From positions 1 to 64,000 of the forward strand of contig DATMFV010000135.1 of assembly GCA_035555975.1 (NCBI GenBank): a stretch of 64,000 nt of DNA. Reading direction: 5' to 3'. The notes under the pieces are model-generated. The model was not told the DNA's origin. It saw nothing but the letters and a program-made list of their open reading frames with translations, and ran no database searches. This stretch comes from Chthoniobacteraceae bacterium (GTDB taxonomy: Bacteria; Verrucomicrobiota; Verrucomicrobiia; Chthoniobacterales; Chthoniobacteraceae). Shown here in pieces: positions 19,552 to 28,045 of this stretch; within the stretch, counting starts at the first letter, position 1; each line of letters opens with the position of its first letter. The translations under genes were made by a program, and so were the position numbers.

Positions 19552-19654
19552 GTCCCGGGATGCCGCTGGCATCCTTTTGATGTAAGTGTCGGCTTGACAG
19601 ATCACCGGCGGGAGAGACAACCTCGCGCTCGAAACTCTCAGATAGCCCCCCGTC

Positions 19655-20371
19655 ATGAGTTACATCAAAAAAGCGGCCCATGATCTCGAGCAATCGAATC
19701 AAATCATCTACGCTCCACGGCATGAATACCGGGAGGTCGACGCCCAATCCTTCCCCCACCTGGATCTCGGCTTCTATGACCGGACGCGGGATGCGCTTGT
19801 CGCTCAAGGCTGTACCTGGATTGGGGATTTCGAGGATCTCACCCTCAAGGCGGGTGCGATCGACCTGCGGACTTTCATTCGCATCCTGGTGTCGAAAGAT
19901 CAGACCATCAGTATCGCCCTCTATCATCCCAAACCAAAATTCTGGGTCCGACTGCTTCTATGGGTGATGCGCTGCAAGATCGGCAGAACGATGGATTGCG
20001 GAACTGAGCTTCCGGAAGGGCGATACATCGTCACCGACAACGCTTCGGAGGCGGCCAAGATGACCCTGCCGCCCGGTTTTGATCATCAACTGGTTTCCGT
20101 CGGTTCAGATTACGAAACCGTTTTTCAGGTTCATCAACAACGGTTGAAAGATTTCCTTCTGGCCAACCCGGGCGTTCAACCGACGATCATGCGAACGGTG
20201 AAAGATTTCTTCGCCGTGGAGCATCGTATAGAGGCGATCAAGGCCGCTTACCGGAAAGAAATCGGCGGCGTCACCGAAGCCGAGTTAAAGAACTGTGGAG
20301 TCGATACGGACACCGCAGCCAAGGTCAAACAGGAGATGGATCGCCAGCGTTCCGAAAAGCCGTCGGCGTAA
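19655..20371 (+). CDS. Hypothetical protein, with slightly lower GC than the flanks.
   Basis: A 238 aa ORF with protein-like composition. I recognise no family. Confidence 0.4.
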   Translation: MSYIKKAAHDLEQSNQIIYAPRHEYREVDAQSFPHLDLGFYDRTRDALVAQGCTWIGDFEDLTLKAGAIDLRTFIRILVSKDQTISIALYHPKPKFWVRLLLWVMRCKIGRTMDCGTELPEGRYIVTDNASEAAKMTLPPGFDHQLVSVGSDYETVFQVHQQRLKDFLLANPGVQPTIMRTVKDFFAVEHRIEAIKAAYRKEIGGVTEAELKNCGVDTDTAAKVKQEMDRQRSEKPSA

Positions 20372-20416
20372 AACCGTTCCACCGGGGCGGGTCGCTCGCC
20401 CCCGCGAGGTGATCAC

Positions 20417-22150
20417 GTGGGTATTTCGATCAGCCAGGCGTATTCCCGTCTCCGCCCCCTGCTCGGGTTGACCGAGCAGGTGACCGTCATTCCGGCGGAT
20501 CGGAAGCTCTCCCTCGCCAATCCCGCGTTCAAGCTCCTCTACTTTTTTGCGGGCGAGGTGGAGCTGGTGCTCGGCGACGGCAGTTGCCACGCGATCCGGC
20601 CCGGAGATGTGGTGATCGCCCAGCCGCAGCCCAAAGACGAAGGGTACCACTACCGCCGGGGAACCGATGGAGGCACCCGCAACCCCGGGAGCCTTCATGC
20701 GCTGATCATCCAGTTCGACCTCACTCCCTCTCCTTCCGACCCGGGAGGGGAACTGGCCCTCTGGCTGCGCGAAACCTTCCGCACCCACCGACACTGGCCG
20801 GCCGCCTCGACGGCACGAGGGGGTCAGTCAACAAATCTTGACAAAACCTGTCGAGCCTGTCAAGATTTGTTGACTGACCCCTACCCGCTTTGGGAAAACG
20901 CCATCCGCATCCGCCAGGCGTGCGCAAGCCGGAACCGGTGGATGCGCCTGCTGGCGTGCGAACTCGCACGGCTGATGCTGCTCCGCCTTGCCGTGGCCGT
21001 CGGCCAGGAGGAGCGCCCGCCCGCTCCGCCCGGACAGGAACGGCTGGAGGCACTCTGCCGGGAGATGTTCATCTCCAACGCCCTCCCCCGCGATGGCGGC
21101 GACGAATCGCTTTTTGAACGTCATTTCGGCTTTGGCACCTCCGAGTTCCTCCACCGGCTCCGCGTGAATCGCGCCAAATCGCTGCTGCTCAACTCGAGTA
21201 CGCCGATCGGGGAGATCGGGGCGCAGGTCGGCTTCGCCTCGCCGGGGACTTTTTCGCGCGTTTTCCGGTCGATCGCCGGGCTTTCGCCCAACCAGTACCG
21301 CCGAGGGCATTCGGCCAACCGGCTTTTCTCGATCAAGAACGAATCGCCGCACAAACTCAAACTGCCTTCGCCGGGGGAACACCCGCAGCCGTGGGAATGG
21401 CAGTTTCGCTCCCGCGCCGCGACACTTTCCGGGAAAACGCCCCACCTTGTGATCGCCCTGGAGGGAGAGGCTACCGTGGAACTCCCCAAGGGAGAGACCC
21501 GTACGCTCCGCGTCGGGGAAAACAGCCTGCTCCTGACCGCGAAACCGACCCGCATCCGGGGAAGGAGCTTCCGGATCGCCCTGCTCCCGCTGACCGGCTT
21601 CCGGGGGCGGGTTCACCTTGGAAAGGCGATGCACCCTGCCGGTTGGAAGTGGCTTGAACGCGACCTTGCCGAATCGATCGGACCGCTGCGCAACGCCCTT
21701 TCGCACAAGCCAAAAGGCCGCCATGAACGGCTCCTCCTTCATTCGTTGACCAGCACGCTCGTTTACCACAGCCTCGGGCTGGCGGAAGAACCGCTTCCCC
21801 CAGGCGAAGGCCCCGGCTGTCGCTCCCGCAATGAATTGCTGGCGGAATCGGCCAAGGAATATATCTCCAAATATTACCCGCGCCCGTTGACCCTCGGAGA
21901 GATCGCCTATGGGGTGGGAGTCAGCGAAGAACACCTCGCCCGCCTCTTCCGCGCCACCACCGGGATGAGCGTCATGCGGTTTCTCTTTGTCCAACGGGCT
22001 AAGGAGGCCAAAAGACTCCTTGGGCGCACCCGTTATCCAATCGCCGAGATCGCGTGGCGGTGCGGATTTCAGACGCTGGGCCACTTCTACCGCACCTTCC
22101 GTTCCGTGCTCGGGGAGACGCCGGGGGCCTTCCGAGCACGTGAAAAATAA
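20417..22150 (+). CDS. AraC-family regulator made of two complete tandem AraC units (cupin-like + HTH, then cupin-like + HTH) in one 577 aa ORF.
   Basis: Unit 1: LLYFFAGEVELVLGDGSCHAIRPGDVV (cupin) … FGFGTSEFLHRLRVNRAKSLL…SPGTFSRVFRSIAGLSPNQYRR (HTH). Unit 2: HLVIALEGEATVELPKGETRTL … LTLGEIAYGVGVSEEHLARLFR…GFQTLGHFYRTFRSVLGETPGAFR. Confidence 0.7.
   Translation: MGISISQAYSRLRPLLGLTEQVTVIPADRKLSLANPAFKLLYFFAGEVELVLGDGSCHAIRPGDVVIAQPQPKDEGYHYRRGTDGGTRNPGSLHALIIQFDLTPSPSDPGGELALWLRETFRTHRHWPAASTARGGQSTNLDKTCRACQDLLTDPYPLWENAIRIRQACASRNRWMRLLACELARLMLLRLAVAVGQEERPPAPPGQERLEALCREMFISNALPRDGGDESLFERHFGFGTSEFLHRLRVNRAKSLLLNSSTPIGEIGAQVGFASPGTFSRVFRSIAGLSPNQYRRGHSANRLFSIKNESPHKLKLPSPGEHPQPWEWQFRSRAATLSGKTPHLVIALEGEATVELPKGETRTLRVGENSLLLTAKPTRIRGRSFRIALLPLTGFRGRVHLGKAMHPAGWKWLERDLAESIGPLRNALSHKPKGRHERLLLHSLTSTLVYHSLGLAEEPLPPGEGPGCRSRNELLAESAKEYISKYYPRPLTLGEIAYGVGVSEEHLARLFRATTGMSVMRFLFVQRAKEAKRLLGRTRYPIAEIAWRCGFQTLGHFYRTFRSVLGETPGAFRAREK
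20820..20881. repeat. Perfect 24-bp inverted repeat with a 14-nt spacer, embedded in the AraC ORF.
   Basis: GGGGTCAGTCAACAAATCTTGACA-aaacctgtcgagcc-TGTCAAGATTTGTTGACTGACCCC. The arms are AT-rich relative to the surrounding sequence. Confidence 0.8.
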
Positions 22151-22189
22151 TCAAGTACAGAGAAAGACGCATCCAAAGGAACTGGTACG

Positions 22190-23731
22190 ATGGGGTTCAT
22201 GGAACTTCCCCTCTGCTTCCGGCTTTCCGCCCTCCTTGCCGCGACAACCTTTCCGCGCTGTTGCCGAATCGCGGCCGTCGGAGGATTTCTGGGCCTGTTG
22301 GCCTCCCCGCTCCCGGCGGCAACCGAATATGAAATTGACCTCGGCGACTCTTCGGTCAGCACCAACTGGGACGACGCGCCGTGGGACCCGGATGGCATTC
22401 CCGGAGCATCGGACACGATCACGGTCCTTTCCGCAGGCAATCTTTTTCTTCAGACCAACCGGACGCTCAACATCCTGCGCGGCTCCGGCAACTTCCGGGT
22501 CCGAAGCGGCAATACGCCAAACGTTGATTCCATCAGCAATCAACTGACGGTCCAGGCGATTGAGGCGGGTTCCGGCAACAGCTTCCAGTTTTTCAACCGT
22601 AGCGACACCGTCACCCTGAGTGTCCAAACCGGGAGCCTGACGATCGGAACAACCGGCAGCGCCGTGGTCAACATCGGCCAGTTCGGAGGGAGCAACTCGA
22701 TTGCGGCTTTCAAGGTCACCGGAACCACCACGCTCAATAGCAACAGCAAGCTCAACCTCGTGGAAAGCAACGGCGTTGACCTCGGGCGGGTGGTCTTTGC
22801 CAACGCCACCACCGAAACCCGGATTCCGACCATCAACTTCGCAACCACCACGGGCGGCGCCAATGCCAGCTACGGCGTTTCCGTTCATAGCCTGAGCGCC
22901 AGCGTGGCCGCAGCGCGCCAGGCTACGGTGACCGCCACCGCCACCGCAAAAGTCACCCTCAAAATCACCGGGCCGGGCACCTCCGGGGTTGCCAACACCT
23001 ACCGGTACGACGGCATCCTTTCCGAAGGCGGCGGCGGGACACTAGCTGTCGAGAAAAACGGGATCGACACGCAGGTCCTTGGTCGCGCCGAAGGGAACAC
23101 CTACACGGCAGGCACGGTGATCAAGGGCGGTATTCTGGCCGTCGCCAACGAAACCGGAAGCGGCCTCGGCAGCGGGGCGGTCGCCGTGAACGACGGCGGC
23201 GTTCTTGCCGGGAACGGGCGGATCGAAACGGGCGACGGCCATTCGGTTTCCGTCACATCGGGCGGGAGCATCGCGCCGTCGCTCCCCGGCGCGACCGGCT
23301 TTTCCACCCTCACCTTGAGTGGAGCGTCCAACGGCAGCGCGCCGACCCTGCTGATGAACGAAGGAGCCTCCTTCACCCTCCGGCTTGGAGCCGACGATGC
23401 GAGCGACCGGCTCCTGCTGACCTCCTATACCGTCGGCGATCTTTCCCTTGACCGGACCGCCGTCAACGTCACCGGCATCCAGGCCGGGAACTACCTTCTT
23501 TTTCAGTTTGAGGATGGTTCCGGCAACGCCGTCGCCTCCGGGTTGACCGGCGGGCTGGAGCCGGGAAGCGGTTTTGAAGGCTGGGAAAGCCTCTCCTCTT
23601 TTGTCTATGATGACGCTGCAGGAGCCATTTACCTCCAGGTCATCCCGGAACCGGGCAGCACCGCCCTCGCCGTGGCCGGTCTGGGGGCGATGGCGCTCCT
23701 CGCCTTTCGCCAACGCCGCATCCTGAAATGA
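22190..23731 (+). CDS. PEP-CTERM protein with autotransporter-like β-strand repeats.
   Basis: Repetitive G/S/T/N-rich passenger; C-terminal VIPEPGSTALAVAGLGAMALLAFRQRRILK. Confidence 0.8.
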   Translation: MGFMELPLCFRLSALLAATTFPRCCRIAAVGGFLGLLASPLPAATEYEIDLGDSSVSTNWDDAPWDPDGIPGASDTITVLSAGNLFLQTNRTLNILRGSGNFRVRSGNTPNVDSISNQLTVQAIEAGSGNSFQFFNRSDTVTLSVQTGSLTIGTTGSAVVNIGQFGGSNSIAAFKVTGTTTLNSNSKLNLVESNGVDLGRVVFANATTETRIPTINFATTTGGANASYGVSVHSLSASVAAARQATVTATATAKVTLKITGPGTSGVANTYRYDGILSEGGGGTLAVEKNGIDTQVLGRAEGNTYTAGTVIKGGILAVANETGSGLGSGAVAVNDGGVLAGNGRIETGDGHSVSVTSGGSIAPSLPGATGFSTLTLSGASNGSAPTLLMNEGASFTLRLGADDASDRLLLTSYTVGDLSLDRTAVNVTGIQAGNYLLFQFEDGSGNAVASGLTGGLEPGSGFEGWESLSSFVYDDAAGAIYLQVIPEPGSTALAVAGLGAMALLAFRQRRILK

Positions 23732-24522
23732 ATCCCCCCTCCCCCAGAGGCCGCCGCGGTTTCACCGTGCTGGAACTGCTTTGCGCCACCGCCATTCTCG
23801 CGGTCCTGCTTCTCATCGTACTGGGGCTTGGCGGCAACCTGCGGGAGAAATCGTACACCGCCCGGTGCGCGGCCAACCTGAAACAGATCGGCGCGGTCAC
23901 GGCCCTTTACGTGGCGGAGCACGACGGCTTTCTCCCCCACTACCCGCCGACCAGCAGCGATGCCAGCCTCGGCTACGCCACGGTCGGTTCGTGGTACTGG
24001 CACCTCGCGCCCTATCTCAATATCCCCCGCTCCGAGAAGAACCTCCGCTCCATCCTCGGACCCGACAAGGAGACCGGCCTGCCGGGACCGGTCGTCTTCA
24101 CCTGCCCGGGGCAAAAACAGGAATCCTACACGCCGGATCAGTTCCAGCGTCATTTTACCTACCCTTCGCTGCGCCCCGTCAGTTACGCGCCGAGCCACCG
24201 GATGCGCTCCGAGACGCCGCTTTCGTGGAAGGGCGAAGAGGGGCGCTTCGTCTCGCCCGTCCGCCTGCGCGACATCCGCGAGCCCTCGCAAAAAATCTGG
24301 CTCTCGGACTCCCCCTCCCCGGACGCGATGAATGTCTCCAACTACCGCTGGCTCGATGACTGCGCGCCGCAGGATGCCTACCCACGCTGGGGTTTCTCCC
24401 GGCATCACGGCGGCGGCAACGCCCTTTTTTGCGACGGGCATGTGGAATGGATCGCCCTTTCCGCTATCCGCGAGGGCGATTTCCAGGCCAATCTCTACCG
24501 GCTCTTTTTTCCTTTCCGATAA
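23728..24522 (+). CDS. Prepilin-type N-terminal cleavage/methylation domain protein with a DUF1559 C-terminus (pseudopilin-like).
   Basis: GFTVLELLCATAILAVLL N-terminus and C-terminal HHGGGNALFCDGHVEW. Overlaps the previous gene as ATGA. Confidence 0.85.
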   Translation: MNPPSPRGRRGFTVLELLCATAILAVLLLIVLGLGGNLREKSYTARCAANLKQIGAVTALYVAEHDGFLPHYPPTSSDASLGYATVGSWYWHLAPYLNIPRSEKNLRSILGPDKETGLPGPVVFTCPGQKQESYTPDQFQRHFTYPSLRPVSYAPSHRMRSETPLSWKGEEGRFVSPVRLRDIREPSQKIWLSDSPSPDAMNVSNYRWLDDCAPQDAYPRWGFSRHHGGGNALFCDGHVEWIALSAIREGDFQANLYRLFFPFR

Positions 24523-24523
24523 T

Positions 24524-27500
24524 ATGAAACCGCTCCTTCTTCTCTTCATCCTCCCCGCCTCTCTCTTTGCCTCGTGGCGCTACGAAGAGGGAGGAACCCG
24601 GGTGGAGATCGACACGACCCGCACCGGCCAGTTGATCCATTGGGTCGATGACGGCAAAACGTGGGTCGACAACCGGGCGCAGGCCGCCCCGCCGCTGCAA
24701 TCCGGAAAGAAAAGTTTCCGCGCGGAGTCCGCCACGCAAGAGAAGGATGGCGTGGTGATCCAAGGAAAGCTCGGGGGTGAAACTCCGGCGACGCTCGCCT
24801 ACCGTATCGAGGAAGGGGGACGACGCCTCCGGGTCACCTTGACGACTGGCGGCAAGCACGATGAACTTTCCTGGAGCCTCCCGCTCGCCTTGCAGCCGCG
24901 CAAGCGGATCTGGTATCGGGGCGATCGCGGGCTGGAGTGGGACACGCGCCATTTCTACCAGTTCACGGCCTCGACCTTCACCGCCCTCCTTCCACGGCCC
25001 GACCGCAACGAGTGGCGTTACTTCGCGCTCGACCAGCGCAGGCCCGACGGCTTCCGGCTCTGGCGCTGCGAAAGCGCGAAAACCTCGCCGCTTCTGATGC
25101 AGGAAGGGGAGACTGCCGAGCCACGCGTGCAGATTTATGACGAACGGGGCGGTGTGAGCGTTGAAATTGCCGATACCGCCTCGCCGTATAGCCTGCGGGT
25201 CGATGCCGCCGGGGGAGCCGTGGCGCAGGTCGTCTTTCCCGGGCGGGAGCCGACGCATGAAATCGTCCTGAGCGTCCACCCTTCCGAAGCCGCCGTTCTC
25301 AAAGCGCGCGGGAAGCCGACCCGCATCGACCGCCCGGCTCCGGAAACGGCGTTGCAGGAGCCGGCGTGGCTGCGCGAAACGCCAGACGCCACCGGGACGC
25401 AATATGTCACCGGCGGTTATCCGTTTGCGGCGGGCACGCTCACGTCGATGGAGAACGTACGGGTCCAAGTCGCCGGAAATCCGGTTGCCGTGCAGGCCAA
25501 ACCACTCGCGTTCTGGCCCGATGGCAGCATCAAGTGGGGTCTTCTGACCTTTCCAATTGATCCCGCAAAAGCGGTCAAATCCGCAGAGCCGCCGCGCATC
25601 TCCTTTCGCACGGGACGCTTCCTCCCCGTCACGGTTTCCACGAAAAAAGAGAAAACAGCCGCGCCGGAAGCCGCATTGACGCTCCACGTCGCCCAACCTG
25701 CCGACGGAAAAGCGACCATCACCAACGGGAAGCTCGAAGCGACCCTCTCCACCGGCAACCGCTGGCTCGAAAGCCTCCGCTGGGAAGGCGTCGAGCAACT
25801 TTCGGGCGATCCGGCCGCACGGCTTGCCTATGCCGATTACCGGCTCGACCCGAAAGCCGTTGATCCGTTCGAGGGAACGCTTTCCGGCGGCGCGGACGAC
25901 CGGGGGACGCTCAAGGTCGATTCGCTGACCGTCGAGGAAAGCGGGCCGTTGCGCGCGATCATCCGGCTTGAAGGATTGACCGACAACCGGGAACCGACGC
26001 GGATCATCCTCCGGCTGGAGTTTCTCGCCGGGCGTCCGGAAATCCGGATCACCCACACCGCCGTCCTCCGGTTTCTTGACCCTCGCAAGATCTTCCTGAC
26101 CGGGCTGGGGCTGGAACTGCCGTTGACCCGCGAAGGAACGCTCCGTTTCGGCGGGTTTTCCGACAAGGCGGGCGGCGGCGCGGCCTCGCTGGTCCAGCAA
26201 ACGCCGCTCCAGAGCGAACGCCGCTCCGATGGCGACGCACCCCTCCCCGGCGGACGCGCCCCCGGCTGGGGAACCACGGGCACGCACTTCGCCATGATCC
26301 GCAACTTCTGGCAACAGGCTCCCCACGCGCTCACCTTTGACGCCAACCGGCTCCAGCTTGAACTCTGGCCCTCCGACGGTCCGCCAATGGACATGCGCCG
26401 CTATTCCAATGAACCGCACCGGGCGCAGGGGGAATCGGCCGCGCCCGATGCGTCGTGGGTCAAGGAAACCTACTACGCGAACGGTCCGGTCTATGGACTT
26501 TCGCGCACCCATGAACTCCTCCTCTCGTTCGCGCCGCAGGAAGCCGAAGCGCTCGCCGCCGATTTCCAGAGCCCTCCCCTGCTCTACGCCGGGTGGGAGC
26601 CGTACCGCGCCGCCACCCTCGCCGCCGCCGAAGAGAAAGATGCCCCCCGTGCCTGGGAGAACTGGACCCGGCTCGCGCAGTTCTGGCTCCACCACCGGGC
26701 GCTCTACGAGTGGTACGGTTTCTGGCATTTCGGCGATGTCCGCCACCGGTTCCGCGACGGGTATGGGCGGATTGCGACCCCCGAACGGCTGCTGGCCGAC
26801 CGTCCATGGGAACAAACCAAATGGAACAAGGCGGTCGATCAAGCCAGCGGCATCGGGCGCGGCGATCTGACGCAGGATTACCAGACCCAGAACGACTGGG
26901 CCTACGACAACGGGCGCTGGGGATGGTCGAACACCGAAGGGCTCCCCGGTCTGTTTTTCCAGAACGAATACCTGCGCCACGGCAACCGGAGCGTCTACTT
27001 CGCCGCCGAAGCAGCGGGCCGCCACGCACGCGATGTCGTCACGCGACAGGAGGGCTCCTACTTCGGGCTCGGCACCCGGCACGGCGTCCAGCACTGGAGC
27101 GATGGCAACCACGAGGAACGGCAGACCACGATCACCGAATACCGGCTTCACTATTTCCTGAGCGGCGAACCGCGCTCCCGTGAAGTTCTCGAGAACCTTT
27201 ATCAGGGAGTTTATTCCAGGAAAAACGTCAGCAGCGCCGCCGCGCACAGCGGCCGCCTCGGCGGGTTGCTCTTTCATTGGGAGGTGACCGGTTCCCCGGA
27301 GGAAGCCGAAGCGCTCCACCGCTACACCCGGTTTTTTCTCTCCCCGAAAGGTCTCTACGTCCACCCGGCCGTCCACTTCCCCGATCTGAAAGTCGGAGCC
27401 CGCGAAGGTCTCAACGACGGGACCATGTTTTTCCAGACTTTCGGCGGCATGCACGCCCTGCTGGAGTACCAGCAACTCACCAAAGACCCGGAAATCGCGG

Positions 27501-28045
27501 CTTCCGTGATCGCCATGGCGGACTCGGTGCTCAACGACCCGGAGATGAACGCGAAATACCGGCAGGGGAAAGCGTCCACCGGTAACATCTTCTGGCCCGC
27601 GATCGCTTTTGCCGCGCTGCACGCCCCGAAGCCGGAGCCGTACCGGGAACTGCTCGATGCGCTCGTGCGCAACGGCTACTGGAAGGCGACCTACCAGTCC
27701 GTCACCCGCAACCCCGCCCACTGGAGCGGTCCGACCGCGTTCCTCGACCGGAATGTCTCCGGCGGCATGTTCTGGAACAACTGGGCTCCCTATATGGTCC
27801 AGGCGATCGACGAAACGAAGCTCTGGGACGAAGCGATCGCCGCCGCGTTCCGTCAATACGAAGCGGAGGGAAGGCCGGAAACCCCCTGGCGGACCAGTTG
27901 GCAGTCGCAATACGATAACCACCCCGAACTGCGGGTCTACCTTCAGCAGCCATGGCTTGAGCCGTCACCCGCCGCCCATCAGGAAAGCCCGCCTCTTACT
28001 GCTCCGCCTGCTGGAGGTCCGAAAGCCGCCGATAGATCCCATTGA
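24524..28045 (+). CDS. Very large secreted hypothetical protein (1173 aa).
   Basis: ATG 1 bp after the DUF1559 stop; signal peptide MKPLLLLFILPASLFASW; protein-like composition throughout. I recognise no catalytic family. The track start at 24332 is rejected because it overlaps the upstream gene. Confidence 0.7.
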   Translation: MKPLLLLFILPASLFASWRYEEGGTRVEIDTTRTGQLIHWVDDGKTWVDNRAQAAPPLQSGKKSFRAESATQEKDGVVIQGKLGGETPATLAYRIEEGGRRLRVTLTTGGKHDELSWSLPLALQPRKRIWYRGDRGLEWDTRHFYQFTASTFTALLPRPDRNEWRYFALDQRRPDGFRLWRCESAKTSPLLMQEGETAEPRVQIYDERGGVSVEIADTASPYSLRVDAAGGAVAQVVFPGREPTHEIVLSVHPSEAAVLKARGKPTRIDRPAPETALQEPAWLRETPDATGTQYVTGGYPFAAGTLTSMENVRVQVAGNPVAVQAKPLAFWPDGSIKWGLLTFPIDPAKAVKSAEPPRISFRTGRFLPVTVSTKKEKTAAPEAALTLHVAQPADGKATITNGKLEATLSTGNRWLESLRWEGVEQLSGDPAARLAYADYRLDPKAVDPFEGTLSGGADDRGTLKVDSLTVEESGPLRAIIRLEGLTDNREPTRIILRLEFLAGRPEIRITHTAVLRFLDPRKIFLTGLGLELPLTREGTLRFGGFSDKAGGGAASLVQQTPLQSERRSDGDAPLPGGRAPGWGTTGTHFAMIRNFWQQAPHALTFDANRLQLELWPSDGPPMDMRRYSNEPHRAQGESAAPDASWVKETYYANGPVYGLSRTHELLLSFAPQEAEALAADFQSPPLLYAGWEPYRAATLAAAEEKDAPRAWENWTRLAQFWLHHRALYEWYGFWHFGDVRHRFRDGYGRIATPERLLADRPWEQTKWNKAVDQASGIGRGDLTQDYQTQNDWAYDNGRWGWSNTEGLPGLFFQNEYLRHGNRSVYFAAEAAGRHARDVVTRQEGSYFGLGTRHGVQHWSDGNHEERQTTITEYRLHYFLSGEPRSREVLENLYQGVYSRKNVSSAAAHSGRLGGLLFHWEVTGSPEEAEALHRYTRFFLSPKGLYVHPAVHFPDLKVGAREGLNDGTMFFQTFGGMHALLEYQQLTKDPEIAASVIAMADSVLNDPEMNAKYRQGKASTGNIFWPAIAFAALHAPKPEPYRELLDALVRNGYWKATYQSVTRNPAHWSGPTAFLDRNVSGGMFWNNWAPYMVQAIDETKLWDEAIAAAFRQYEAEGRPETPWRTSWQSQYDNHPELRVYLQQPWLEPSPAAHQESPPLTAPPAGGPKAADRSH

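Noticed and set aside
17698-19656. 652-aa minus ORF.
   Set aside because: Antisense of the MlrC homolog. R/G/E/V-rich with no domain.
24332-24523. Upstream extension of the 1237-aa ORF; likewise 38549-38827 and 44995-45075.
   Set aside because: The extensions overlap the preceding DUF1559 genes in another frame and have junk composition. Downstream ATGs followed by signal peptides were chosen.
24464-27922. 1152-aa minus ORF; also 27609..29951 +.
   Set aside because: Antisense of the 1173-aa secreted protein and of the ABC exporter, respectively.
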